64,000 bases of DNA from Octopus sinensis (GCF_006345805.1 NC_043007.1:37634001-37698000); one strand, 5' to 3'; positions 39,411 to 52,009 are shown, counted from the first letter of the stretch. The notes: generated by a model from the letters alone, not told the origin. Translations and numbers: made by a program.

Positions 39411-40371
39411 TACTATATTTGTAATAAATATATTATCAATAACAATAGTACTGTTTAGCTAACAGTAACAATAATACTACATTACATTAGTAATACTATT
39501 TTCAGAGTTAACTATCACTGTTGTAAGTATAAATTAATCTTATGTAAGCAAGCTATATGAAAATTATAATTATTGTAGCTATGTAACATTACCTGATATT
39601 GCACACAACATAGTGATATGTGTGTGTGTGAGAGAGAGAGAGAGTTTTTTTAACTTCTAGGTAAATGGGGCCTTTCTTTTGGCAAAGATATGCAGTCTAG
39701 GACATTAGCACATACTGCTATGGGTGTTTGTTGATTTGACAATGTTGTTACCTTATTCCACCCTCAGTTTTGACACAACCCTGTAAGTACAGAGACACAA
39801 GACCAATGAGAGAGAGAGATAGATAGAGAGAGATCCAAAAACAAAATGGGCATGGGTGCAAAACTGCATTGTTGGTGTTTGGTAAATGAATTTGGTAAAG
39901 GTGATGGGCTACCTTTTGCCTGATATGTTCAGCTTCATACCATAGCATGCTATCACAAGTAACTCTTTGCCACACTTTCCCATCAGACACCACCACTATT
40001 TCAAATGCTAGGGAAGCTTTCTGTTGTTGATCACACTTGTGCTTTGTAGAGTGTCAGCAAATATATTTGGAGTGTTGCTGCTCAGACCAAGTATATGTAG
40101 GTGATGATATCAACTGATACAGACAGTTCAGTATAGCAAACAATTTTGACTTCTACACCCAGTCAGAATCAGTGTGGAATGAGTGAGAAAGTCAAAAGAA
40201 GTTGTGTGTATCAAAACTGCATATAGTGACTTTTGTTGGAAGTGAGGTAAGTTAGATATCCTAAATGGAGGATGAAATAGGGTTGAACAGCGGCTGGTGG
40301 TTGAAGGCGTTTGGAGAATGACATGGCTAGTTGATAAATTTAGAGGCATGAGAGGTAGAGAGAATCATACA

Positions 40372-40646
40372 GTTCTATATTTAAGAGATGAGGAATTATA
40401 TACATTATTTACATATGACGAATATTTGTCCTCATCTTGTTTGTTGTTAACACGTTTCGGCTGATATAACCTCCAGCCTTCTTCAGGTGTCTTGGGGGAA
40501 ATTTCGAACCTGGGATCTCATTCCTAAGGTATTTTTCAATGTTATTATTATTATTACTATTGTTAGTATTCAGGTCACTGCTTGGAATCGAACTCGGAAT
40601 CTTAGGGTTAGTAGCACGCGCTCTTAACCACTACGCCATATGCCCA
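40372..40646 (-). mobile_element. Element with tRNA-Ser-like Pol III head (40573-40645) and hammerhead-like motif (40449-40491)
   Basis: A-box TGGCGTAGTGG and B-box GAGTTCGATTCC, then an (AAT)n linker, then GACAC-CUGAAGA-A-GGCUG-loop-CAGCC-GAAAC-GUGUU. Confidence 0.65.
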
Positions 40647-40754
40647 TAGTCTACATTAACAGGAACCCTCTGCTGCTGATATCCAAGTGAAAAACATGAA
40701 AGTAGATTCTAGATATTCAGAGATCACCCTTAAGAATGAAGCTGAACTATATAT

Positions 40755-41245
40755 AGGGTGTCCAAAAAAATTAATATCATTTAGGAGTACAGTATCATAG
40801 CTGGTTCTCACTCAAATGGTCTCAAATTTTAACAAAATGTGTAAAAACTAAGTTTGGATCAGGCATGCCAGTGATAATGACAATGTGATGTTGAAATGAC
40901 CACCATGTTCACCTGGCTTGACACCTTGTGATTTTTTCTTCTATGGGGCTATGGGAATGGACTGGTCTATATCCCACCTCTTCCTACAAGCCTAGGGGAA
41001 CTCTAGCACAGAATCACTGACGTGCTGGAGAATGTTACACAAGATATGCTACAGCATGTTTGGCAGGAGCTGGACTATTGACTTGACCTGTTTTGTGTCA
41101 CAGGCAGTGCACATATTGAACATTCGTGAAGCTTTGAGAAATCAGTTATAAAATTTACATCCCTCTGAATTTCTTGCTTGAATTTTGATAAATAAATCTT
41201 TTATTGTTCAATGTAAAGCCTATTTAATTTCATTTGTGTAGGACA
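40755..41245 (+). mobile_element. Internally deleted Tc1/mariner-superfamily element
   Basis: ta-gggtgtcc left end; degenerate WPPxSPxLTPCDFFLWGY motif at ~40898-40955. Confidence 0.65.
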
Positions 41246-41319
41246 TGTAGTTACTCAGATATTCACATTTCAAATGATGTCAATTGTTTGGGGACATTCT
41301 GTATATATATATCTACATA

Positions 41320-41630
41320 GTGCCGGTGGCACGTAAAAAGCACCATCCGATCGTGGCCGTTGCCAGCCTCGCCTGGCCCCCGTGCCGGTGGCACGTAAAA
41401 AGCACCATCTGTCCATGGCCGTTTGCCAGCTCCGTCTGGCACCTGTGCGGGTGGCACGTAAAAAGCACCCACTACACTCACGGAGTGGTTGGCGTTAGGA
41501 AGGGCATCCAGCTGTAGAAACACTGCCAGATCAGACTGGAGCCTGGTGCAGCCTCCTGGCTTCCCAGACCCCGGTCAAACCGTCCAACCAATGCTAGCAC
41601 GGAAAACGGATGTTAAACAATGATGATGAT
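41320..41630 (+). mobile_element. SINE-like family C
   Basis: Three gtggcacgtaaaaagcacc units plus core and tail. Confidence 0.85.
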
Positions 41631-41806
41631 ATACATATATAGATAGACAGTATACAGATAGAGATATAAATATACCCAAACTCTTATTTAATTGGTAAAA
41701 TCAGCTGAAACGTTTCTATAATACTGTACAAATAATCAATATAAGATGACAATAAATAATTACACACGTACATACACACACGCATATGTAAAATGGTTGG
41801 CATTAA

Positions 41807-42028
41807 CCCTTTAGTGTTTGCATTATTCTGCCAAAATTGATCCTTTTTTATTCACATTGTTTTGAACTAATCATGCATTATCTTGTAGCTATGAGATTTT
41901 TTTTGAGGTAGCTGTTAATTCATAAAGCAATATTGTAGGGTTGGTATGAGAGACCAGATATGGCCAGTTTGAACATAAAACAAGCAGAATACTTTTGGCC
42001 GGATATGGCTGGTTTAAATGCTAAAGGG
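41807..42028. mobile_element. piggyBac-like MITE (TTAA TSD)
   Basis: ttaa|cccttta...taaaggg|ttaa; relatives at ~45481-45700 and ~50808-51275. Confidence 0.75.
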
Positions 42029-42214
42029 TTAAGGGTATCAAACATACAGCCACAGAAACCAGCCCCTGTCAAACTATTAAACTTGTGCCAATATGGAAAG
42101 CAAACATTAAATGATGAGGATATGTCTATTAAGCTTTGTTTAATTTTTGCTTAAATAAGCACATAAGTATTGCTAGTGAGGGAAAATGGTAATGGGGGAG
42201 GGGGGATACACTAC

Positions 42215-42605
42215 TCTATTACTTGTTTCAGTCATTTGACTGTGGCCATGCTGGAGACCCGCTTTTAGTCGAGAAAATCGACCCCAGGACTTATTCTTTG
42301 TAAGCCTAGTACTTATTCTATCGATCTCTTTTGCCGAACCGCTAAGTTACGGGGACGTAAACACACCAGCATCGGTTGTCAAGCGATGTTGGGGGGGGGG
42401 GGGAGGACAAACACAGACACACATACATACATATATATACGACGGGCTTCTTTCAGTTTCTGTCTACCATTTCCACTCACTAGGCATTGGTCAGTCCGAG
42501 GCTATAGTAGAAGACACTTGCCCAAGGTGCCACGCAGTTGGAATGAACCCGGAACCATGTGGTTGGTAAGCAAGCTACTTACCACACAGCCACTCCTACA
42601 CCTAG
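42215..42605 (-). mobile_element. SINE family A
   Basis: Full-length homology. Confidence 0.9.
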
Positions 42606-42644
42606 GATATTTTAATATATAAGATACAATATACATATAAGCCT

Positions 42645-42743
42645 GGTGCGTGGCACCTTGGGCAAGTGCCTTCTACAATAGCCTCGGGCCAACCAAAGCC
42701 TTGTGAGTGGATTTGGTAGACAGAAACTGAAAGAAGTCCGTCG

Positions 42744-42778
<35 letters not shown>

Positions 42779-42985
42779 ATATATGTGTGTGTTTGTGTTT
42801 GTCCCCCCCAACATCACTTGACAACTGATGCTGGTGTGTTTACTTCCCCGTAACTTAGCAGTTCAGCAAAAGAGACTGATAGAATAATTACTAGGGTTAC
42901 GAAGAATAAGTCCTGGGGTTGATTTGCTCGACTAAAGGTGGTGCTCCAGCATGGACACAGTCAAATGACTGAAACAAGTACAAGG
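42645..42985 (+). mobile_element. SINE family A, 5'-truncated
   Basis: Homology; inverted relative to 42215-42605. Confidence 0.88.
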
Positions 42986-43084
42986 GTAATTATCAGCCAA
43001 CTCTGTGCTTTTGAATTTCTCTAGAATGAAAAAAAAAATCCCTTACTTGAGAAAGAGGGAAGAGTTTGTGACAGGAAGAGCATA

Positions 43085-43500
43085 TACTCTCTTTACTCTT
43101 TTACTCTTTTACTTGTTTCAGTCATTTGACTGCGGCCATGCTGGAGCACCGCCTTTAGTCGAGCAAATCGACCCCGGGACTTATTCTTTTGTAAGCCCAG
43201 TACTTACTCTATCGGTCTCTTTTGCCGAACCGCTAAGTGACGGGGACGTAAACACACCAGCATCGGTTGTCAAGCAATGCTAGGGGAACAAACACACTCA
43301 CACAAACACACACACGCATATATATACATATATACGACAGGCTTCTTTCAGTTTCCGTCTACCAATTCCACTCACAAGGCATTGGTCGGCCCGGGGCTAT
43401 AGCAGAAGACACTTGCCCAAGATGCCACGCAGTGTGACTGAACCCAGAACCATGTGGTTGGTAGGCAAGCTACTTACCACACAGCCACTCCTGCGCCTAT
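43085..43500 (-). mobile_element. SINE family A (CpG-rich, young)
   Basis: Near-identical to 59570-59980. Confidence 0.9.
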
Positions 43501-43639
43501 GGCTACAAAAAAATCCCACCTTAAATACACCCTGCCCCCACTACCATCTAACCCCATGTCAGTATGGGAAAACGGATGTTAAACGGACAAACAAAAAGTA
43601 GCTATGATTAATAATTTACAGTGAATAGACATTTCTCTT

Positions 43640-44330
43640 TTCTCTTTTACTTGTTTCAGTCATTTTGATTGTGGCCATGCTGGAGCACTGCCTTGAGTTG
43701 AGCAAATCAACCCCAGGACTTATTCTTTGTAAGCCTAGTACTTATTCTATCGGGTCTCTTTTGCCGAACTGCTAAGTTATAGGGATGTAAACTCACCAGC
43801 GATGTTGTCAAGCGATGTTGGGGGGACAAACACAGACACACACACACATATATATATCATCATCATCATCATCATCATCATTTAGCGTCCGCTTTCCATG
43901 CTAGCATGGGTTGGACGGTTCAACTGGGGTCTGGGAAGTCAGAAGGCTGCACCAGGCCCAGTCTGATCTGGCAGTGTTTCTACGGCTGGATGCCCTTCCT
44001 AACGCCAACCACTCCGTGAGTGTAGTGGGTGCTTTTTACGTGCCACCCGCACAGGTGCCAGACGGGGCTGGCAAACGTGCCACCGGCTCGGGGGCCAGGC
44101 GAGGCTGGCAACGGCCACAATCGGATGGTGCTTTTTACGTGCCACCGGCACGGAAATATATATACGACTGGCTTCTTTCAGTTTCCGTCTACCAGATCCA
44201 CTCACAAGGCTTTGGTCGGCCTGAGGCTATAGTAGAAGACACTTACCCAAGGTGCCACGCAGTGGGACTGAACCCAGAACCATGTGGTCGGTAAGCAAGC
44301 TACTTACCACACAGCTACTCCTATGCCTAT
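43640..44330 (-). mobile_element. SINE family A with nested family C copy (43857-44152)
   Basis: Family C interrupts the internal (TA) tract of family A. Confidence 0.85.
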
Positions 44331-44500
44331 GTAACAAGCAAAACAATTCTACCTTCACCAAACCATAAAACAAGTTACATTTTCCTTAGTACGTCCAGTT
44401 TTTGTCATTCATATAAATACATCATCACACATCTATCACCATTAGTTTTATGAATGTAAGAATCCTAAAGTAATATAATTTGATGAAATATCCATCTTAC

Positions 44501-44544
44501 CTATCAGCAGTTTTGATAAAATCCCAACTCTTTGCCTCACCATT
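44501..44544 (-). CDS. NUDT14: NUDT14-like exon 2 (canonical)
   Basis: tttttctctatag|AATGGTGAG...GATAG|gtaaga; NGEAKSWDFIKTAD(S), 44 nt; resembles human NGAQKSWDFMKTHDS. Confidence 0.92.
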
Positions 44545-44946
44545 CTATAGAGAAAAAAATTTTTATATATCAATATTATTAAATACAATTTATTGTACAT
44601 ATGACAAACCTATGGTATCTTTAATTTTATTTAATTTAAATAAGCTCTAAGCAGAAACGAGATAGTAATTTCTATTCACAAAGTACAATGCTAATTGTTC
44701 TACTTGTAGAAATTGAAGAAATCAACATAGTATCATCATCATCATCATCATTTAATGTCCGCTTTCCATGTATCTCCTGTACAGCAAGGAACCTGTTCAT
44801 ATCCATTCTTTCATACTTTAACCTCTCAACACTTAGCATTAAGCTACCTCCTTCTCTTTGAATTTGAAAATGTTGATCCAGTTACCCTTCCAAAATACTT
44901 TCCAGAGAGAGAGAGTGTGTGTATGTGTACATACTCTCTCTCTCTC

Positions 44947-45140
44947 TTACTACCCACAAGGGGCTACACACAGAGGAGACAAACAAGGACAGACAAACGG
45001 ATTAAGTTGATTACATCGACCCCGAAAGGATGAAAGGCAAAGTTGACCTTGGCGGAATTTGAATTCAGAACGTAACGGCAGATGAAATACGGCTACGCAT
45101 TTCGCCCGGCGTGCTAACGGTTCTGCCAGCTCGCCACCTT
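44947..45140 (-). mobile_element. SINE family B
   Basis: Homology to family B. Confidence 0.85.
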
Positions 45141-46217
45141 AAAATGTATGGGTACATATATTAGTGAAGGTGTGTAACCTAGTATTTAGGCTGTTGGGCT
45201 CCTGCAAGAGATAGCAAACCAAATCTTTCTCAAACTACACCTACTATCTAAAAAAAAAACAACAAAAAAACAGTCATTTTAAGACACATTGGTTAATGCA
45301 TTCCGTCATAGATTATGTCAAGAAAAAAAGACAAGATGGTTACAACTAGAATAATGTTTAATCATAAATTTGACGATTCTAATGGATCAGAGCTGTTGGA
45401 AGATAAACAAGGAAAAAGAATATAATGCTTCAGTTTAAAAAAATTTACCTCATAATTAAAAGAAAAAGACACCTCTGCTATTAACCCATTAGCATTTAAA
45501 CCGGCCATATCTGGCCTAAATATTTTACCTGTTTTATATTTAAATTAGCCAAACCTGACCTCTCACACCTATCCCACAGTGTCATTCTCAAAACTTAATC
45601 ACATCATCGAAATCTTCAAGTTATGAGACAATGCATGATTAACTCAAAACAATGTGAATAAGTATGTATTATATTTGACAGTAAGCTGAATGCTAAAGGG
45701 ATACATCACAAATTGAATAAGATTCAGCCAAATTACTAGCATCTATGACACCAGTCTGAATCTATGACATCCAAAGAACAAGAAATGTGGCTTAATTCTA
45801 ACCATTCAATTAGGTATCAGCAGGTTATTGGTCAGCTTTAACAGAAATGACCAGGGTTACTTAATAACAACACCGATATTGAAATTTATGTGGACTAAAA
45901 TCATAAGATCTTGACTTTTTAGACACCTCTAGGGAAGTGGGGGCAGGCAGTATAGGACCTGACTTAAAGTGTGATGACCCATCCAACCAACGTCTGTACA
46001 GAAAATGGATGATGATGATGGTGATGAGAATGTAAGTAATTTATGACATGACCTAATCAGTGTTGGTCCTTCTTATGTTCCTTCATTGGCTCAGTAACGT
46101 ACTGATACTTAGCTTACTCTTAAAACCTATTCTCAAATGATAGCTTTCATTTCATCTGCAGAGGCGCTTTTTTTTTGTTGTTTTTTTTTTTGTAGAGTTT
46201 TATATTAATTTATTTAA

Positions 46218-46435
46218 CCCTTCCATTACTGTATTTATTTTGAGATGCTCTGTGTTTCAATTAATTTTAAATATAACAAAGAATTTAGTAAAATAACTTA
46301 GTTATCATTAAGATAGTGTTAGAAACATAAATTGTGGCAAAGGTTTGGTGGAAGATTTTATTTCAGAATTTTTGAAAACAAGACATTTGTACTACAGAGC
46401 CAGAGGCGGTTTCAGCTGATATGGTATAGAAAGGG
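46218..46435. mobile_element. piggyBac-like MITE, second family
   Basis: ttaa|ccctt...aaggg|ttaa; sibling at 55656-55877. Confidence 0.75.
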
Positions 46436-46556
46436 TTAAGTTCCTGTTGTTGATGGATGTTTGTTTCACTCTTTTAGTTTTTGATTCTTATTGTATAGTA
46501 TAATTCACACTCAGAAATAAAAAGTAAACAACCAACTATATAATATTTTTTTTTTT

Positions 46557-46774
46557 TACTACCCACAAAGGGCTAAACACAGAGGGGACAAACAAGGACA
46601 GACAAACGGATTAAGTCGATTACATTGAGCCCAGTGCGTAACTGGAACTTTAATTTATCGACCCCGAAAGGATGAAAGGCAAAGTCGACCTCGGCAGAAT
46701 TTGAACCCAGAACGTAACAGCAGACAAAATACGGCTACGCATTTCGCCCGGTGTGCTAGCGTTTCTGCCAGCTC
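46557..46774 (-). mobile_element. SINE family B
   Basis: Homology to family B. Confidence 0.85.
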
Positions 46775-47822
46775 AATATATTACAATAAACTCCTTTCAA
46801 TATCATATTTCTGTTAAAATGCAATGCCTTTGTTTCAGTTAATTTTGAAATAATGAAGAATTTAGTAATATAACTTTGTTGTTATTAAGAGGGTGTTTGG
46901 AACATGAATTAACATGAAATTCTGGTGGAAGATTTTAATTCAGATCACTTTAACCCTTTAGTTATCATATTTAGTTATATTGTTGGAATGCACTACCATT
47001 ATTTTTTGAAAATATTAATGAATTTAGTGAACAAAAATACAGATCAAAAAACCAAATTAGATATAAAACTATTAGTTCTTAACACAACTATCTAATATGA
47101 ATTACATGCATAGAGAGAGAAAAAAAAGCAACAGAATCGTTATTAACAACAAAATACAAACTAAAACTAACACAGGAGACACACTACAGTTTTAAAAACA
47201 ACAGTTGCTAATTGCTGAAAGTAACTTCGAAGTTAACAGTTAAAATTTTAAACTTGGTGATGATGATGTTATCAGTATCAACAACATTCCCATTATCCAT
47301 GCTGCCTACTATCAACTGCACCAGAAAAAAATTGCCACACATACTTGTACCCTTAACATAATTCTCATGCAGATCAGCACAACACTGTGTGAAACAAGGC
47401 TGGCTCTTTGAATTACAGGTAGAGCATACCTCACAGGCTTCCATTCAGTTTCTATCCTGCACAATTTCACTCACAAGACTTGCATTGACATGAGGTTATG
47501 ATGGTAGAAACTATCTGAACCTTATGATTGGAAAGTGAAGTTTTTAACCCTTTAGCTATCTCTGTATATTATTACAAAATATTTTTTAGGTTAAACATTG
47601 TGGATTGTCCACAGCATCCATGGGTGTGTGTGTGTACGTATACACACACACTTGAATTTAAACAAGGGGTTGGGATAAAGTAATCATCCTTGTCCTCTTT
47701 CTCCTCTTCTCCATCACCATCAACATCATCTTATATTTGCTTTCCATGAGCTGGATGGATTGTTGTGTCCTGATTTATTTTTTATCTGTAGTTATTACTT
47801 TCCTCGATGGGCCAGAGGACCA

Positions 47823-48061
47823 GGTACTACTTAAGATGAGTGGTCCCAGTGAGCGCACTCGCGCTAGCTAATCGTGACTAGTCGATCCTGCAACAACTAC
47901 CTAGAAAAGTAAATAAAACACAAAATAATTTTTTATACAAAGTAAATAGTTTATGTGTTTTATTTAGTTTGCTAGGTAGTTGTTGCAGGATCAACTAGTC
48001 ATGACTAGCTAGCGTGGATGCGCAAGTACGTGCATCGGGACCACTCTTCTTAAGTAGTACT
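47823..48061. mobile_element. Palindromic MITE with 8-bp TSD (Merlin-like)
   Basis: TIR ggtactacttaaga.gagtggtccc; TSD gaggacca (47815-47822, 48062-48069). Confidence 0.85.
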
Positions 48062-48424
48062 GAGGACCATACCTTGCATATACATTTCATTGATGACTCA
48101 GTGTCTATGGCTGGGTTCCTTTCCTAAAAGTAATCACTCTACAATGACTGGTGGTAGGATGTCAATACATATAACAGAGTTAACTTTTATTTGAAGTTGA
48201 AGATTCACTAATGAGTTTTGGACTTCAGTTTTTCACTTAAAATGGAATTCAAAATTTTAAGTATCAGACTTTGGCATTAGGAAAGGAGGTCACAGAAACC
48301 ATCGAATGTATGCCAGCATGGATGGTGGACATTAAATGATGATGATAATGATACTCTTATGATGTCCCAAGGTCAGAGGCCAATAGTTTATAGCTTTATA
48401 AATTTGAACACAAGTATTTGAGAT

Positions 48425-49757
48425 ATAGCAATGTGATGGAAAATGGAAAGAGAGAGTGATGAAATGAAAGTGAGTGTGATGGTAACATATGATGTGAAAG
48501 GCCCTGCCTAAATCCATCATACTGGGTAATTAGGATTTTCTTCATATATAAATTCTTGCATATACATGCATAAAGATATGTACAAACAAGGAACTTTTTC
48601 TTTTACTATGGCTTAATTAGATGAGGAAGAGTTTAGCCTAAAGTCTTTGATGATAGTGGTGGTGCTGCTGCTGAAATTATGATTCATAGATTATTGCAGC
48701 AGGAAGCAACAGAACTCAATCTATAGAGCCAACCATCACACCTGAAACCAGGTGTGAATACGTGCATCAAAGACAAGTTCGTTAAATAATATCTGATGCA
48801 ATTTTCATGCAATTACTTTTGCATCAGATGTCCCTTAATTTACAAGGACATTACTCATGTACATGTATTTTTCAAATTCTAAAAACATAAAAGCTATGTT
48901 ACATGTGGATATATTTTAATATTGGGATAAAGAATCTCTTTCATAAGTCATTTCTCAGTGAACCTGCTGACTTTGATGACTCATTGCTTCTTGGCTGCCG
49001 CCAGTATGCCTCATCAATCATCCATTTGCACATGTGAACTCTTCCAATATCTACCTGTAACACCATGCAAATAATAAAGCAAAAAACACAAATTTGCACA
49101 CAGGTAGACACACACACACACATACAAGAAAAAATATTAGTGAAATTACCTACCTATCATGTTCTTTTAAAACATCTATGACTTTCTCTCGGTTATTCTA
49201 GAGAGGGGGGTAAAAATTTATAATTACAATCTAGTCGTTCATGATGACGCAGACAAGATTTCATCATACAACAATGATTTATTTGTTCTACAAACTACAA
49301 CTGCTATGGCACATCCCACTGTGGCCGAGCCAATGAGAGAGAGAGAGAGAGAGCTATTATACTGTTACTTGACTTGTTAGATATGTTAGCTAAATGTTCC
49401 TTAAAATTTCACACTTGTTTTAAATAGGAAAAAAAAGGACATATTGGACAATGTAGCCTTTGATATACAAAAAGACTGGTGGGTCATGGCTGGAACATTT
49501 AAGATGGTAGGTCTGCTCAACTAGGGCTGACTTTGAGCTAAACTACACTGCGCTTCCTCATCTAATTAAGCCATAGTAAAAGAAAAAGTTCCTTGTTTGT
49601 ACATATCTTTATGCATGTATATGCAAGAATTTATATATGAAAAAAGTCTTAATTACCCAGTATGATGGATTTAGGCAGGGCCTTTCACATTATATGTTAC
49701 CATCGCACTCACTTTCATTTCATCACTCTCTCTTTCCATTTTCCATCACATTGCTAT
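48425..49757. repeat. Inverted repeat pair (48425-48629 / 49553-49757, extendable ~16 nt inward) with ~920-nt loop
   Basis: atagcaatgtgatggaaaatgg...attagatgaggaag is the near-exact reverse complement of cttcctcatctaat...ccatcacattgctat. Confidence 0.92.
49154..49197 (-). CDS. NUDT14: Duplicated alternative exon 2 of the NUDT14-like gene
   Basis: ttttacccccctctctag|AATAACCGA...CATGATAG|gtaggt; 44 nt with the same phases (0/2) as exon 2; NNREKVIDVLKEHD(S). Confidence 0.7.
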
Positions 49758-49877
49758 GCCATTCTAATCACTACAACAACACTACTATCTCAAAACCATG
49801 CATTGTTAGCCACTACTATAAACATCACAACCACACTATGTTAACTACTATATTCCACCACAACCATCACCACTATA

Positions 49878-50105
49878 CCTATTTCTTTATTACCCACAAG
49901 GGGCTAAACATAGAGGGGGCAAACAAGGATAGATATAGGTATTAAGTCGATTACATCGACCCCAGTGCGTAGCTGGTACTTAATTTATCGACCCCGAAAG
50001 GATGAAAGGCAAAGTCAACCTCGGCGGAATTTGAACTCAGAACGTAGCGGCAGCCGAAATACCGCTAGGCATTTCTCCCGGCGTGTTAACGATTCTGCCA
50101 GCTCA
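49878..50105 (-). mobile_element. SINE family B
   Basis: Homology to family B. Confidence 0.85.
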
Positions 50106-50277
50106 CTGCACACAGACAGACACACACACACACACACAAACTTACAAATACCATGCCAACTACTGCAAAAACCATCAGCACCGCACCACGTTACCTACTA
50201 CAACATCAACACCACATTATGTTAACTATTACAAAACCACTACAACTATCATCACCACACAATGCTAACCACTATAA

Positions 50278-50497
50278 TATTTCTTTACTACCCACAAGGG
50301 GCTAAACACAGAGAGGACAAAGACAGACAAACAGATTAAGTCGATCCCAGTGCGTAACTGGTACTTAACTTATCGACCCTGAAAGGATGAAAGGCAAAGT
50401 CGACCTCGGAGGAATTTGAACTCAGAACGTAATGACAAACGAAATACCGCTAAGCATTTCGCCCGGCGTGCTAACGGTTCTGCCAGCTTGCCGCCTT
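50278..50497 (-). mobile_element. SINE family B
   Basis: Homology to family B. Confidence 0.85.
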
Positions 50498-50919
50498 AAC
50501 CATTACAATACCAATACATCATATAAACCTACTACCACACTCCATCATGTTAACCATTACAAAACCACTATGTCAACATCACATCACTATTAACCAATAC
50601 AATGCAACAGTATAAATAACATAAAAATGTCTCCTTAGACTCAGTTGCAGGTATAGATGTATGGTTAAGTCTGTTACTCAACCATATGGTTTGAGGTTCA
50701 ATTCCACTGGGCAGTACATTAAGCAAGTTTCTCCTATCATGATTCTGAGTCACTAATAATTCGGTAGTGGATAGGAATGAGAAGCTGGATTTGGCCAATT
50801 TAAGCATAAACCCTTAAGCATTCAGATTACTTTGTCAAATGTATTACTTATTTATCCACATTGTTTTGAATTAATCATGAATTATCTTGCAGCTTTGAGA
50901 TTTCAATAATATGATTGTA

Positions 50920-51150
50920 TCATCATCGTTTAACGTCTGCTTTCCATGCTAGCATGGGTTGGACGATTTTGACTGAGGGCTGGCAAACCAGATGGCTGTA
51001 CCAGACTCCGGTCTTGATCTGGCAGAGTTTCTACATCTGGATGCCCTTCCTAACGCCAACCACTCCGAGAGTGTAGTGGGTGCATTTTACGTGCCACCGG
51101 CACGGAGGCCAGTCAGGCGGTACTGGCAATGACCTCACTTGAATCTTTTT
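50920..51150 (-). mobile_element. SINE-like family C nested in a TTAA-type MITE
   Basis: Family C core, flanked by the two halves of the 41807-type MITE. Confidence 0.75.
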
Positions 51151-52009
51151 ACAGCGAGGTCGTTATTTTTTAGAATGGCATTGTAGGACAGGTGTGAGAG
51201 ACAAGATCTGGCCAGTTTGAACATAAAACAGGTAAAATATTTGGGCCGTATATGGTTGGTTTAAATGCTCGAGAATTAAAGCAGATTTTTCTACAGCCTT
51301 TCGTTCCTAAGCAAGACAATATTTCCAATGGCCAGACATTCTAGTAGAATATTGGAAATTAACACTGCTTGCATAACAGTGATAATCATGTACAATTATG
51401 ATGTGATGTCAAGACAAGGAGACACAAATACACAGACCGACACACACACACACATACAGACTTACAAATACAATAGACTTTTTTTCGGTTCCTGCCAATC
51501 AAATCCACTCAGAAGGTGACCAAAGTGAAAGACACTTGCCTAAGGTGCCATGCAGTGTGACTGAACCCAGAACCAGGTGGCTGGGAAGCGTATGGTTCTA
51601 GGTTCAGTCGAACTTCTTACCACACAGCCACACCTATAAATACACACACACACACACTACAGACATATAATTGTGATTACTACCTGTGTGAGCGTGTGCA
51701 GAACGCATGATTGACATCAGTAAGACAATCATAAATATATAAATCGAGGTGGGGAAAAACAGACAGAGAGAAAGAGAAGGGAGACGGAAAAAAGGAGGCA
51801 GGAAAGAATAGGAGAGATATAAGACAATTGTATATAGTACGTGTTTGTACATGCATGTATGGATGTGTAAGTGTTTCAAGTCACGTGTGTGTGTTTGTAT
51901 GAGTAATAGTGTATGCACTTGTGAATGCGTGCACTGATATATTTAGTCATGTAAGCACATACTGTGTTCCAGCTTATATGACCATATATATGAATATATC
52001 TTTTATCTT

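Noticed and set aside
40573-40645. tRNA-like sequences (also 62520-62590 and SINE A/B heads) as true tRNA genes
   Set aside because: Cloverleaf stems are imperfect and each is joined to a repeat body; treated as SINE-type heads.
41320-41470. Repeated gtggcacgtaaaaagcacc units with spacers, superficially CRISPR-like
   Set aside because: Spacers are mutually similar, the array is part of a multi-copy eukaryotic repeat, and there are no cas genes.
48941-49054. Possible extra exon VDIGRVHMCKWMIDEAYWRQPRS...* after a ttacag acceptor, inside the inverted-repeat loop
   Set aside because: No NUDT14 similarity. Splicing from 49154 gives an immediate stop, and splicing from exon 1 gives a 64-aa unrecognisable peptide. 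Needs RNA evidence.
48425-49757. Inverted repeat as TIRs of an exon-capturing (Pack-type) transposon
   Set aside because: No target-site duplication visible, and the right arm continues seamlessly into flanking sequence, favouring a local inverted duplication.
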